Positions 1 to 9,802 of a stretch of 64,000 nt of DNA are shown in pieces. Below the pieces are notes generated by a model. That model was given only the letters and a program-made list of their open reading frames with translations, was not told the DNA's origin and did no database searches. The DNA comes from an uncultured Candidatus Saccharibacteria bacterium (lineage in GTDB: Bacteria; Patescibacteriota; Minisyncoccia; Phycocordibacterales; CALRHW01): the NCBI GenBank assembly GCA_964407105.1, contig CAYOUG010000001.1, positions 96,227 to 160,226 on the forward strand, written 5' to 3'. Made by a program: the position numbers and the translations under genes. How positions within the stretch are numbered: position 1 is the first letter of the stretch; each line of letters begins with the position of its first letter.

Positions 1-1
1 T

Positions 2-772
2 TTCCCTTATCTTTCAAAAGAATGGAAGAAAAATTGTGAAAAAGAACGATTACTTGGTGTTTCCATTACCGGCCAGTGGGATTCAGAAAAAGTACGCGAT
101 CCAAAAATTCTTGAAAAAATGAAAGCGGCCGCGATTGAAACTAATAAAAAATATGCAAAACGTTTTGGTGTTGGAGCATCAACATGTATAACATGTGTCA
201 AACCCTCAGGAACTGTTTCTCAAACCGTTGATTGTGCAAGTGGAATGCACCCTCGTCACTCACCATTTTATATCCGTCGCATTCGCATCGCAGCTACCGA
301 CGCTTTATTTAAAATGTTAAAAGATCAAGGAGTTCCCTACTATCCAGAGGTTGGTCAAACTCTCGAAAATGCAACCACATTCGTACTCGAATTTCCAGTC
401 AAAGCGCCGGAAGGTGCAATATGCAAAGACGATGTTGACGCAATTGCCCAACTAGAACATTGGAAAGTAGTAAAAAAACACTACACCGAACATAATCCAT
501 CTGTAACAATTTCTGTGGGTGATGATGAGTGGCTCAAAGTTGCACATTGGATTTTTGAAAACTGGGATTTGGTTGGAGGCCTTTCATTTCTTCCACGATC
601 AAATCATGTGTACCAGCTAGCCCCTTACGAACCAATCACCAAAGAAAAATATGAAGAGATGAAATTGCGTCTCGGTAATTTGGATTTTTCAAAAATTGTT
701 ACTTACGAAAGAGATGATGAAACAGAAGTAAAACGCGAACTTGCTTGTGTTGGTGGTTTGTGCGAAGTATAA
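2..772 (+). CDS. nrdJ: ribonucleotide reductase, class II (adenosylcobalamin-dependent)-like, C-terminal part; 5' end lies outside the window
   Basis: The frame is open from the window edge. It contains 'GVSITGQWD', 'KPSGTVSQTVDCASGMHP' and 'FYIRRIRI' (the RNR YxRR motif), plus a C-terminal Cys pair 'ACVGGLCEV'. It is followed by a cobalamin adenosyltransferase gene. Confidence 0.65.
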   Translation, partial: FPYLSKEWKKNCEKERLLGVSITGQWDSEKVRDPKILEKMKAAAIETNKKYAKRFGVGASTCITCVKPSGTVSQTVDCASGMHPRHSPFYIRRIRIAATDALFKMLKDQGVPYYPEVGQTLENATTFVLEFPVKAPEGAICKDDVDAIAQLEHWKVVKKHYTEHNPSVTISVGDDEWLKVAHWIFENWDLVGGLSFLPRSNHVYQLAPYEPITKEKYEEMKLRLGNLDFSKIVTYERDDETEVKRELACVGGLCEV

Positions 773-776
773 TTTT

Positions 777-1346
777 ATGCTTTACACTCGAAAAGGAGAC
801 AGCGGGACAACAAAACTATTTGATTGTCCTCAAGGAACACGCGTAAGTAAATCCGCTTTTATTTTTGAGGCGTTAGGAACATTAGACGAACTAAATTCTT
901 CGCTCGGATATTCAAAGGTTCTATCAAAAAAATCAAAAAGTGTGATTGCGATGAAAACTCAGTATATTTCCTATGAAGAAATATTAGAGAGGTTTCAGAA
1001 TAATTTATTTTGTATTCAAGCAGAACTCGGAGGATCAAAAATGCATGCAACAAAAAATCACATTCTATATATTGAAAAAATTATCAAAAAAATAGAGGAA
1101 TTATTGCCTCCTATCAAATCATTTATTGTCCCGGGGGGTGGAGAAACTGGAGCTTATTTAGATATAGGAAGAACTATTGCTAGAAAAGCGGAACGTCAAG
1201 TGATATTGCTTCGCGAATCAAAAGAGCGAATTATTCATGACAATAGCATTATTTTTCTAAACCGACTTTCTAGTGCTTTATATGCACTGGCACGTTTTGC
1301 AAATTATCAAGAGGGGTATTCTGAAAAAAAACCCGAGTACAATTAA
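777..1346 (+). CDS. ATP:cob(I)alamin adenosyltransferase, PduO type
   Basis: The N-terminus 'MLYTRKGDSGTTKL' matches the PduO-type 'YTKTGDxGxTSL' signature. The gene is about 190 aa. The ATG at 777 sits inside the longer ORF from the track. Confidence 0.75.
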   Translation: MLYTRKGDSGTTKLFDCPQGTRVSKSAFIFEALGTLDELNSSLGYSKVLSKKSKSVIAMKTQYISYEEILERFQNNLFCIQAELGGSKMHATKNHILYIEKIIKKIEELLPPIKSFIVPGGGETGAYLDIGRTIARKAERQVILLRESKERIIHDNSIIFLNRLSSALYALARFANYQEGYSEKKPEYN

Positions 1347-1427
1347 ACTCTTTACTTTCATCAAATTTTGCCATATACATATATTGGAACAACCCTCAAC
1401 CCAAACCCCCAGCCAGGAGCACAAACT

Positions 1428-2141
1428 ATGTCTGAAAAACAAATCTTGATGCTAGACTTTGATAACGTCGTAACACTGGATCCAAAAACTGGAATTGGTT
1501 CGGAAGAAATCAAAAGAAATGCTTGGCTTGATGTTTTCAGTGATGTCAAACTAGACCCCCTAAAGCATGCGTTGGTAACGGCTCATGAAAGAATAAGGGG
1601 TGGAGGAGATCGTAAAGATATTGCGCGATTCATCCTGAAAGAGCTACGAATGTGCAACGAGAAATTAGAAGATGAGGTGACTTCTCGGTGTAAGACGTTT
1701 GAAGATCGTGCACAAGTAGGAATCAGAATGATGACGATTCCTAAAAACACCCGAAAAGCTCTTGCGCAACTTTCAAAACACACTCGACTTTACCTCAACA
1801 CAGCTACCCCAACAGAAGCGGTGAAGATATCTCTAAGGGCACTTGATCTTGAAAAGTATTTTCTTGGGGTGTTTGGAAGACCCGCTAGCAAAATTCACAA
1901 CATTCGATTGGTTGCCGAACGAGAGGGCTTAAATCCGGAATCCACAAAAATGATGCACGACAGGGTTGTTTTTGTGGACGACCAAGCAGCTGGATTAGAT
2001 ACAGCACACAAAATCGGCTGTAGATTTGTCGCAATGAGAACACGAAACAACAGTGACTGGTTGAAAAATGCTACATTTCCAGTAATCAATTCACTCGATG
2101 AGCTATGGCCACTGTTATCTTTTTTCCGGCCTGACCAATGA
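1428..2141 (+). CDS. HAD-superfamily hydrolase
   Basis: It has HAD motif I 'LMLDFDNVV' (DxDxV) and a late 'VVFVDD' motif. AGGAG lies 7 nt upstream of the ATG at 1428. Confidence 0.65.
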   Translation: MSEKQILMLDFDNVVTLDPKTGIGSEEIKRNAWLDVFSDVKLDPLKHALVTAHERIRGGGDRKDIARFILKELRMCNEKLEDEVTSRCKTFEDRAQVGIRMMTIPKNTRKALAQLSKHTRLYLNTATPTEAVKISLRALDLEKYFLGVFGRPASKIHNIRLVAEREGLNPESTKMMHDRVVFVDDQAAGLDTAHKIGCRFVAMRTRNNSDWLKNATFPVINSLDELWPLLSFFRPDQ

Positions 2142-2161
2142 AACATTCACGCAATCAAATG

Positions 2162-2198
2162 GCCGGATCGCACCAAGGCGATCCGGCTTTACTTTTTT
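2162..2198 (+). terminator. rho-independent terminator after the HAD gene
   Basis: GCCGGATCGC-ACCAAG-GCGATCCGGC is a perfect 10-bp stem, followed by a T-run. Confidence 0.7.
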
Positions 2199-2252
2199 AA
2201 ATACAATATCTCAGTAGAAGACCTTTTTTTTGTTTTAGATATACTATATACA

Positions 2253-4403
2253 ATGGATAAAAATTCAGCTTTAAAAGAAGAACTTCGTTTAAATGACTTT
2301 CAAAATAAAGCCCTAAAAAAGCTTGGAATTACCACCGTCGAAGATCTTTTATACTATTTCCCAGTTCGCTATGGTGATGTAGCTCAATCTCGAGAAATTT
2401 CAAGCTTAAAAAAAGATGATGTGGTGGCCATTTACGGAAAAGTAAGCGGTCTGAAAACCAAAAAAGCTTTCCATAAAAAAATAGCAATGTCAGAAGCAAC
2501 CATAGAAGACGAAACCGGTACCATTAAAGCCGTTTGGTTTCACCAACCATACATTGCAAAAATGATTCAAGATGGTGCGTTTGTAAAAGTAGAAGGAAAA
2601 GTGAGTGAGCGCAAAGAAGTGCTTTCTTTTATAAATCCAGAAATTGAAAGCATCTCAACACTTCCAACCGGAGTTGGTAATTCACTTTTTGGAAAGGAAG
2701 ATCATAGTTTTGCCTATCCTGTGTATGCTGAAAGTAAAGGTGTCACTTCACGTTGGTTTTATCATGCACTACAAAAAATTTTTAAATCGGGTGTACTTGA
2801 TACAATACAAGATCCTATTCCTACAAACATTTTGGAACACTACAATCTTCCCTCTTTAAAAACAGCTCTGATTTGGATTCATACACCAAAGAAAAAAGAA
2901 GACAGCGTTTCAGCGCGCAAACGTTTTGCTTTCGAAGAAATTTTTATCATTCAACTAGAAAAATTTAAAGAGAGAAAAGAATATGAAACATTGCAGTCTT
3001 TTGCGATAAAAGATGATAAGGGTGATGTTGATAAATTTATTAAACGTTTTCCTTTTAAAGCCACCGAGGCGCAAGAACAAGCGGTTGAACGTATCCTTGA
3101 GGATTTCAAAAAACCTCATCCAATGTCACGTCTTCTGGAGGGAGATGTTGGTTCAGGAAAAACAGCTGTTGCGGCAGCAACAGTCTTTGCTGTAACCACT
3201 ACCCCACCACAAAATCACGAATACGGAAATCTACAAACCGCATACATGGTTCCTACAGAAATTTTAGCTGAACAACATTTTGAATCTTTCATTCAATATT
3301 TTTCTTATCTCGGTATAAATATTGGCCTTATTACTTCAAGTGGGTGTAAAAAATTTCCTTCAAAAATAAATCCAACAAAAGCAACAGACATTTCTCGCAC
3401 TCAACTTTTAAAATGGGTTGCTGAAGGTACAATTCCGATTCTTGTAGGTACACACTCGCTTATTTCAAAAACCGTTAAGTTCAAAAATCTTGCGTATATC
3501 ATTATTGATGAACAACATCGTTTTGGTACAGCGCAACGTAAAGCATTGCGCAGAAAGGATAATGTTGTACCCCACCTACTTTCAATGACCGCAACGCCCA
3601 TCCCGCGCACGCTCGCCCTCACGGTGTATGGCGACCTTGATCTTACGCTCCTCGACCAGATGCCACACGGACGAAAACCAGTAATCACGGAAATCATCCT
3701 TCCACATAATCGCGATGCAGTGTATGAAAAAGTGCGAGCCGAAATTATCTCGGGCAGACAAGCTTATGTCATTTGCCCACGTATCTACGAGCCTGACCCC
3801 CAAAAAGAAACTGCTATCAACGCAAAATCAGTGACAGAAGAAGCACGCCGACTCAAAACGGTAGTATTCCCCGAGTACGAAATCGGCGTGCTTCACAGCA
3901 AAATGAAACCGACAGAAAAAGATAGAAGCATGCTTGATTTCAAAAATGGCAAAACACATATTCTTGTTGCTACATCAGTGATTGAGGTTGGAGTAAATGT
4001 GCCAAACGCGACCACTATTATTATCGAAGGTGCTGAACGTTTTGGTCTCGCCCAACTTCATCAACTTCGTGGACGCGTTATACGAAGCAATCATCAAGCA
4101 TACTGCTACGTTTTCGCTGACAGTAAAACAGAAAAAACTCTCGAACGACTAAGGGCACTCAAAACAGCAAAAAATGGTTTCGAGCTTGCCGAGTTTGATT
4201 TGGTCCAACGTGGCGCCGGTGAGCTTTACGGCAAAAAACAGTGGGGTATCTCCGACCTCGCCATGGAAGCAATAAAAAATATTAAAATGGTAGAAGCTGC
4301 ACGCCATGAAGCACAGCTTTTAATTGAAAAAGATAGAAATCTTTTGAATTATCCTATTCTTAAAAACAAAATTCTACAGTCAGAAAAAATTCACTTCGAA
4401 TAA
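2253..4403 (+). CDS. recG: ATP-dependent DNA helicase RecG
   Basis: It has an N-terminal wedge-like 'FPVRYGD', Walker A 'GDVGSGKTAVA', 'DEQHRFG', 'SMTATPIPRTLAL' and helicase C motifs 'QLRGRVIRS'. Confidence 0.9.
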   Translation: MDKNSALKEELRLNDFQNKALKKLGITTVEDLLYYFPVRYGDVAQSREISSLKKDDVVAIYGKVSGLKTKKAFHKKIAMSEATIEDETGTIKAVWFHQPYIAKMIQDGAFVKVEGKVSERKEVLSFINPEIESISTLPTGVGNSLFGKEDHSFAYPVYAESKGVTSRWFYHALQKIFKSGVLDTIQDPIPTNILEHYNLPSLKTALIWIHTPKKKEDSVSARKRFAFEEIFIIQLEKFKERKEYETLQSFAIKDDKGDVDKFIKRFPFKATEAQEQAVERILEDFKKPHPMSRLLEGDVGSGKTAVAAATVFAVTTTPPQNHEYGNLQTAYMVPTEILAEQHFESFIQYFSYLGINIGLITSSGCKKFPSKINPTKATDISRTQLLKWVAEGTIPILVGTHSLISKTVKFKNLAYIIIDEQHRFGTAQRKALRRKDNVVPHLLSMTATPIPRTLALTVYGDLDLTLLDQMPHGRKPVITEIILPHNRDAVYEKVRAEIISGRQAYVICPRIYEPDPQKETAINAKSVTEEARRLKTVVFPEYEIGVLHSKMKPTEKDRSMLDFKNGKTHILVATSVIEVGVNVPNATTIIIEGAERFGLAQLHQLRGRVIRSNHQAYCYVFADSKTEKTLERLRALKTAKNGFELAEFDLVQRGAGELYGKKQWGISDLAMEAIKNIKMVEAARHEAQLLIEKDRNLLNYPILKNKILQSEKIHFE

Positions 4404-4404
4404 T

Positions 4405-7101
4405 CTAGAATAAAGAGGAAACAAGGTTTACCACCCAACCAATACTATTAATTAGAGAATCAACAAAAGCTTGGAAACCACCACTTACTGCGGTCCATGC
4501 ATTCGCATACAAATGCGAGCTATCTGTTTGAGCATAAGCAACAATTGGATTTGGTGCGCTAGCATTCTGAATAATCCATAATCCTTGTTGAGAAACTGGG
4601 TTAGCAGGAGTATAAATTATTGCATTTTCGAAAGTAATAGTGTCACCTCCAGCAGAAAGAACCACTGAAGATGTGCCATCTGAACTTCCAGAATTTACTA
4701 TAATATTTGAAAGAGTTTGACCACCAGAAAGTTTTGGGGTAAATCGCCACACGTTGTGGTCGCCCACATTAGCACCGGTGTACATATAATCTGTATACCA
4801 ATCAGAAATATCATTATCTATCATTTCTACATTTTCATAACCAAGCATCAAATTTATTTCAGTAAGAACACTATTTAAAAGTGGTGCTCCATTTGATCCA
4901 TCTCCTGTCCAATAAATAAATTGATCGTTATTTGCAAGTGCGACATGCATAAGCATTTCTTGGTACAAATCAGAAGAAGCAACCTGACTTCCGGGGTACG
5001 CTTTATCAGTAACCCAAGTATGAAGATGTGCGCTGTTAGATAAGGCGGCAGATTTTGCCCAATTTGCATACAAACGGAAAGAATTGAAAGCATTCGGTGT
5101 ATAGTTTGGCAAACCAGCAGAATTCATTTGAGACGCTGATGCATTTAAATCTCCATAAGCAAACGGGCCTTGATGTGTACCTGGGTGTGCACCATTACCT
5201 GTTTTATATATATCCCAAGATCCACCATACGGAACGTTATAATTATCATTCCAATGAAGAAATCCGTACGAAGACATTTTTACATCTGGAAAATAATTTG
5301 TAGCAACATCAAAAATTGCTTCGTCCATATAACCAGCCATTCTATCAAATAGCCAATCATCATAAACACGAATATTCTCAAGAAAATCATTGAAATTTTG
5401 ACCTGTAGAGGTACAAACTTTTTGAACAAAATCATTTGGAAAAGGAAAATCTTCTGGTGGAAAACGTAGATCAGCCACTATTGCTTCACACCAACTTACT
5501 GGGCAATTTGCTCTATCGGCAACACACTTTGTTTGTATTCCAGCAAGATTCCATCCACCCTGTCCAGCAACTGGCTCATCATCATTAACAATAACATCAA
5601 TTTTTTTACCGGCATTTTTTATACCCAAAAAGAATGCCGTTAACCAATTTTGAGTAAAGTTTTTTCCTTCATCCCACCACAAACACGGCATTGGAGCATC
5701 AACAATACCAGCAGGAACTCCTGGGGAGGGTTGAACATGAGGAAGATTTGCGGCTGAAGTACCAGTAAGATCTAGATGCATTATTTGTGGCTCACCGGTA
5801 GTAGGATTCAAACACATATCTTTCCATGTATTTGTAGATAAGTCTTTGTAACTAAAGAGCCAATCTTCTACGTTTCTAAAACGTACAACTTTATGTCCTT
5901 CTGGTTGGTTTGCAATGAAATCGATGGTTTTAGTAATAGCACCATCAACCGGATTTGAAACATTTCCTCCACCAGCACCAACCCAATAGAAAGTAAACAC
6001 ATTCGTATATTGACCAGGAGGTATATCTGGCCACGAATACGCATAAATTTTTCTAGAAGCCACGTCCGTAGGTGGCCACGAAAGTGATCCTGTTATAGAT
6101 GATCCCACCTGTACGTCAGGACAATCTTTTTCATCTATATTGTTTATCGTCACTGACGCACTTTTAAGACCACTAGTTGAATATGTTTTAGTAACAGATG
6201 AAGCTGAACCCGAAAGTCCATCACTTCCATCCCATGAGTAAGTATATGGTGGTGTACCTCCACTTACTGTGGTGGAGTATGTTACAGAGCCGCCCACTGA
6301 TATTTGCGTAGCAGAAGCAGAACATGAAATATTGTAATTTAGAGCCGGGTTTTCATTTACCGTTACAGCACTTGAACATGGAATTGAAACACCGTTTATT
6401 TTTACTGTTGCATTTTTGTTGCCTTCTGAATTATATATCTTAGTAACAGATGAAGCTGAACCAGAAAGATTGTTGGTACCGCTCCATAAATATGTGTAAG
6501 AACCGATTCCACCACTTACACTTGCTGTCCATGTTACAGATTGGCCCTGAATAATTGTTGCAATAGACGGACTACATGATCCAGTAACACCACCTGGAAG
6601 TGGAACTGGAAGTGCTGGTGCCAATGGAAGCGCGGGGGTAGTTGGTCCACCACAAGAAAGAGATTGTATTTTTGCACGTGTTGCTGGACCGGCTACACCA
6701 AAACCATTGGTAGCTGGAGTACCTCCAGACACTAAACCTACACGTGCTTGAAATTTTTGTAATGCGCTTTGTGTGGCTGCACCAAAAAAACCGGTGATTG
6801 TAGGATATGTATAATCTCCCTGTGCTTTTAAAAACTTTTGTAATTTAGACACTTGTCCACCAGTCGATGCATCATTAAGACCTATATACAAATTTTGGGT
6901 CAGAACAAGACATGAGGCTTGTTGACTAAGTAGAGTAGAGAGTTGTTGTTGAAGTTGAGTAATAAGCACAAGTAAGGCTTGGATTTGAGCTTGTTCGGAG
7001 GCTGTTGTTGCAGAAGATGTGCGAGGAGAAAAAGAAATGGAGAAAATAAGTGTTCCCAAAAGCACCAAAATACACAGAAAAGAGATAACTATTTTTTTCA
7101 T
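4405..7101 (-). CDS. large secreted protein with a signal peptide, a peptidoglycan-binding-like domain, two PKD-like repeats and an uncharacterised W/Y/N-rich C-terminal domain of about 550 aa
   Basis: The N-terminal hydrophobic signal is 'MKKIVISFLCILVLL'. 'VSKLQKFLKAQGDYTYPTITGFFGAATQSALQKFQARVGL' fits PG_binding_1. The repeats are 'GGIGSYTYLWSGTNNLSGSASSVTK' and 'GGTPPYTYSWDGSDGLSGSASSVTKTYS'. Confidence 0.65.
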   Translation of the reverse strand: MKKIVISFLCILVLLGTLIFSISFSPRTSSATTASEQAQIQALLVLITQLQQQLSTLLSQQASCLVLTQNLYIGLNDASTGGQVSKLQKFLKAQGDYTYPTITGFFGAATQSALQKFQARVGLVSGGTPATNGFGVAGPATRAKIQSLSCGGPTTPALPLAPALPVPLPGGVTGSCSPSIATIIQGQSVTWTASVSGGIGSYTYLWSGTNNLSGSASSVTKIYNSEGNKNATVKINGVSIPCSSAVTVNENPALNYNISCSASATQISVGGSVTYSTTVSGGTPPYTYSWDGSDGLSGSASSVTKTYSTSGLKSASVTINNIDEKDCPDVQVGSSITGSLSWPPTDVASRKIYAYSWPDIPPGQYTNVFTFYWVGAGGGNVSNPVDGAITKTIDFIANQPEGHKVVRFRNVEDWLFSYKDLSTNTWKDMCLNPTTGEPQIMHLDLTGTSAANLPHVQPSPGVPAGIVDAPMPCLWWDEGKNFTQNWLTAFFLGIKNAGKKIDVIVNDDEPVAGQGGWNLAGIQTKCVADRANCPVSWCEAIVADLRFPPEDFPFPNDFVQKVCTSTGQNFNDFLENIRVYDDWLFDRMAGYMDEAIFDVATNYFPDVKMSSYGFLHWNDNYNVPYGGSWDIYKTGNGAHPGTHQGPFAYGDLNASASQMNSAGLPNYTPNAFNSFRLYANWAKSAALSNSAHLHTWVTDKAYPGSQVASSDLYQEMLMHVALANNDQFIYWTGDGSNGAPLLNSVLTEINLMLGYENVEMIDNDISDWYTDYMYTGANVGDHNVWRFTPKLSGGQTLSNIIVNSGSSDGTSSVVLSAGGDTITFENAIIYTPANPVSQQGLWIIQNASAPNPIVAYAQTDSSHLYANAWTAVSGGFQAFVDSLINSIGWVVNLVSSLF

Positions 7102-7198
7102 ACTATATATTTGTAGATTATACTATAGATATATTTAATTGAAAAAGGACTACAATTAGGATATCATCAAGGAATTACGGTAATTCAAAAACCGCAAT

Positions 7199-7271
7199 GC
7201 ACGTGTAGCTCAGTTGGTAGAGCGGTCGTCTTATACACGACTGGTCCCAGGTTCGAGTCCTGGCACGTGCA
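7199..7271 (+). tRNA. tRNA with anticodon UAU (isoleucine, AUA-decoding); CCA not encoded
   Basis: I folded it by hand. The acceptor GCACGTG/CACGTGC has 7 bp, the D-stem is GCTC/GAGC, and the anticodon stem is GTCGT/ACGAC with loop CTTATAC. The variable region is 5 nt. The T-stem is CCAGG/CCTGG with loop TTCGAGT, and the discriminator is A. Confidence 0.75.
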
Positions 7272-7401
7272 CAATGAGCAGGGCGAATTGTGCACGTGAG
7301 CAAGTGCCCAATGGCACTTGCGAACAGGACGAGAAAGGCTTTTCGTTATCGAGAGAGCGTACTCGCTTTCGAGATCGAAAAGTACCCGCGGCGGTAGCCG
7401 A

Positions 7402-7421
7402 GAGTCCTGGCACGTGCACCA
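7402..7421 (+). repeat. second copy of the tRNA 3' end plus CCA: the T-loop 3' half, T-stem and acceptor 3' strand, 'GAGTCCTGGCACGTGCAC'
   Basis: There is an 18-nt identical direct repeat of tRNA positions 57-73 lying about 130 nt downstream of the tRNA. Only this copy is followed by CCA. The spacer is GC-rich and hairpin-rich. Confidence 0.6.
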
Positions 7422-7433
7422 TTAAAAAACAAT

Positions 7434-7499
7434 AAAAAAGACCTTCCTCACTAAAGCGCTTCGCTAACTCGTTCGGAAGGTCTTTTTTATTGTTTTTAT
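7434..7499. terminator. bidirectional rho-independent terminator between the tRNA and ftsH
   Basis: The arms AAGACCTTCC...GGAAGGTCTT are flanked by an A-run and a T-run. Confidence 0.65.
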
Positions 7500-7509
7500 T
7501 AATACCCAC

Positions 7510-9459
7510 TTAACTTGAGTGCTCTATATCCAGTTTGTTTTTTAGTGTAATTCCATTCGCAACAATAATCTGCTCGTATTCTGCACGTTCGATAGATTCG
7601 ACTTCAATAAGTCGCTTTGCAATAATATCAAGAAGTTTTCGATGTTTTGTAATAATTTCCTCGGTCTTCTGATACGCCTCTTTCATAATTTTTGAAACTT
7701 CGGCATCAATCATTGCGCTCACATGCTCTGAATATTCTTTATCTTCTACGCCACGACCAAAAAGTGGACGTCCACCAGAACCCTCAAGAGCAATGGGGCC
7801 AACTGTTTCAGACATTCCATATTTAGTCACCATATCTCGAGCAAGTGCCGTTGAAACCTGAAGGTCGTTTGAAGAACCAGTCGTAAAATCACCAAAAATA
7901 TTTTTCTCTACAACATATCCACCAAGTGACACCGCAATATCATCAAGAAATTCTTTTTTCGATTGCATTTTTTTGTCTTCAATCGGTAATTTGAGTGTGT
8001 AGCCAGCCGCACGTCCTCGAGAAATGATAGAAATTTTATGTACTGGATCAGCATACGGAAGAACTGAAGCAACGAGGGCATGACCCGCTTCATGATACGC
8101 AGTAATTTCTTTTTCTTTTTTAGAAAGAATATGACTACGACGCTCAGGACCAAGCATCACTTTTTCAATAGAACGAATAAGGTCGTACTGCGATACTGTT
8201 GTGCGATTTTCTCGCGCCGCCAAAATAGCACCTTCGTTCATAAGTGAATATAAATCTGCTCCAGAAAATCCTGGCGTACGCTCTGCGATCACAGACAAAT
8301 CCACATCTTCAGCAAAAGGTTTTTCTTTTGAATGAATTTCCAAAATTTCTTCACGATCTTTTCTGTCTGGAAAATCAAGAGTAACACGACGATCAAAACG
8401 GCCTGGACGCAAAAGTGCGGGATCGAGCACGTCTGGTCTGTTTGTAGCAGCCATTACAATCACTTTTTCGTTGGGCTCAAAACCGTCCATTTCTACAAGT
8501 ATTTGATTGAGTGTTTGTTCTCGCTCATCATTTCCCCCACCAGCACCAACCCCTCGCACACGTCCCACCGCATCTATTTCATCAACAAAAATAATTGCTG
8601 GAGCATTTTGTTTTGCTACCTTAAAAAGATCTCGTACACGCGAAGCTCCAACACCCACAAACATTTCCACAAACTCTGATCCCGAAATAGAGAAAAACGC
8701 AACACCAGCTTCACCTGCAACAGCACGCGCAAGGAGTGTCTTTCCGGTACCCGGAGCGCCCATGAGCAAAATACCTTTTGGAATACGCGCACCAATATCC
8801 AAAAACTTTTTTGGATTACGCAAAAAATCCACAATTTCAACAAGTTCTACTTTTGCTTCTTTTACACCAGCCACATCTTTAAATGTTACGCGTTGTTTTT
8901 TATCGTCAGGAGAAATCATGCGCGCTTTTGATTGACCAAAAGTAAAAGCTTGCATACCTGCACCCTTTACCTGTCTTGTCATAAACCACAAAAATCCAAG
9001 AATAAACAAAATCGGCAAAATAATTGGCGCGAGATTAAACGCCCAATACCAAAAACCACTCTGACTCTTTATTTCAATATTTACTCCAGCGAGTTTTTCT
9101 GGAGAAACACCATAGTTGGTGAGAGTTTCAGAAAGTGCAGCGTCATCTTCTTTTGAAGAAAATTTTTCTTCGCCACTCACATAAGTAATATCTAGAGAAC
9201 CGCTTTTTACAACAATACCAGATACCTTTCCAGCATTAATGTCTTTTGAAAGTTCGGTGAGAGAAATTGTGGTTGTATCTTTTTTTTGTCCAGAAAGTAA
9301 TCCGTAAAGACCAATTACCAAGAAAAAAATAAGAAAAGCGGTAAGAATGTGTCTTAAAATTCGTCCTCCACCCTCGGGAGCCGATGCATTCTTTTTTTGT
9401 GGTGCTTTTTTAAGCACAAATCGTACACGTTTTTTATCCTTTGAATTAAATAGTTTCAT
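7510..9459 (-). CDS. ftsH: ATP-dependent zinc metalloprotease FtsH
   Basis: It has an N-terminal TM region, Walker A '[19 protein letters not shown]', SRH '[19 protein letters not shown]' and the zinc motif 'HEAGHAL'. The start was chosen at MKLFNS. Confidence 0.95.
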   Translation of the reverse strand: MKLFNSKDKKRVRFVLKKAPQKKNASAPEGGGRILRHILTAFLIFFLVIGLYGLLSGQKKDTTTISLTELSKDINAGKVSGIVVKSGSLDITYVSGEEKFSSKEDDAALSETLTNYGVSPEKLAGVNIEIKSQSGFWYWAFNLAPIILPILFILGFLWFMTRQVKGAGMQAFTFGQSKARMISPDDKKQRVTFKDVAGVKEAKVELVEIVDFLRNPKKFLDIGARIPKGILLMGAPGTGKTLLARAVAGEAGVAFFSISGSEFVEMFVGVGASRVRDLFKVAKQNAPAIIFVDEIDAVGRVRGVGAGGGNDEREQTLNQILVEMDGFEPNEKVIVMAATNRPDVLDPALLRPGRFDRRVTLDFPDRKDREEILEIHSKEKPFAEDVDLSVIAERTPGFSGADLYSLMNEGAILAARENRTTVSQYDLIRSIEKVMLGPERRSHILSKKEKEITAYHEAGHALVASVLPYADPVHKISIISRGRAAGYTLKLPIEDKKMQSKKEFLDDIAVSLGGYVVEKNIFGDFTTGSSNDLQVSTALARDMVTKYGMSETVGPIALEGSGGRPLFGRGVEDKEYSEHVSAMIDAEVSKIMKEAYQKTEEIITKHRKLLDIIAKRLIEVESIERAEYEQIIVANGITLKNKLDIEHSS

Positions 9460-9802
9460 GGGTGGATTATACAATATATTTGAATTTAGCAATAGAAAAA
9501 ACCGCCCTGTGTGATGGGCGGGGGTTAGAGGTAGGCTCCAAACCATGACTTGGACAAGAGCGATCTGCTCTTTTTGTTTGTCCTTCTAACAAACAAACGG
9601 TGTGGAGCACGAAAACGAAAAAACATTTGATCGACAGCTCGATACAACTGAACTGTCGTCAACAAAAACAGGAAAAAAAGTGCCAACAAATAGTAAACCA
9701 ACAAACAAACCTCCTTTTGAACGATTTGCGATATTATCACAAAAAAAGGCATTTTTGGCAATGGTATTATCAAACAAAAGCTAAATTTGGTATAGTACAA
9801 TC

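Noticed and set aside
4405-7101. I considered whether the PKD-like repeats here and in the 60310-62418 gene could be DGR template/variable repeats.
   Set aside because: No reverse transcriptase gene is in the window. The repeats are similar at the protein-domain level only, without near-identical DNA copies that differ at adenines.
8332-9156. I considered the three plus-strand ORFs inside ftsH.
   Set aside because: They are antisense to a well-supported essential gene, and their products are low-complexity Ser/Thr/Pro-rich.
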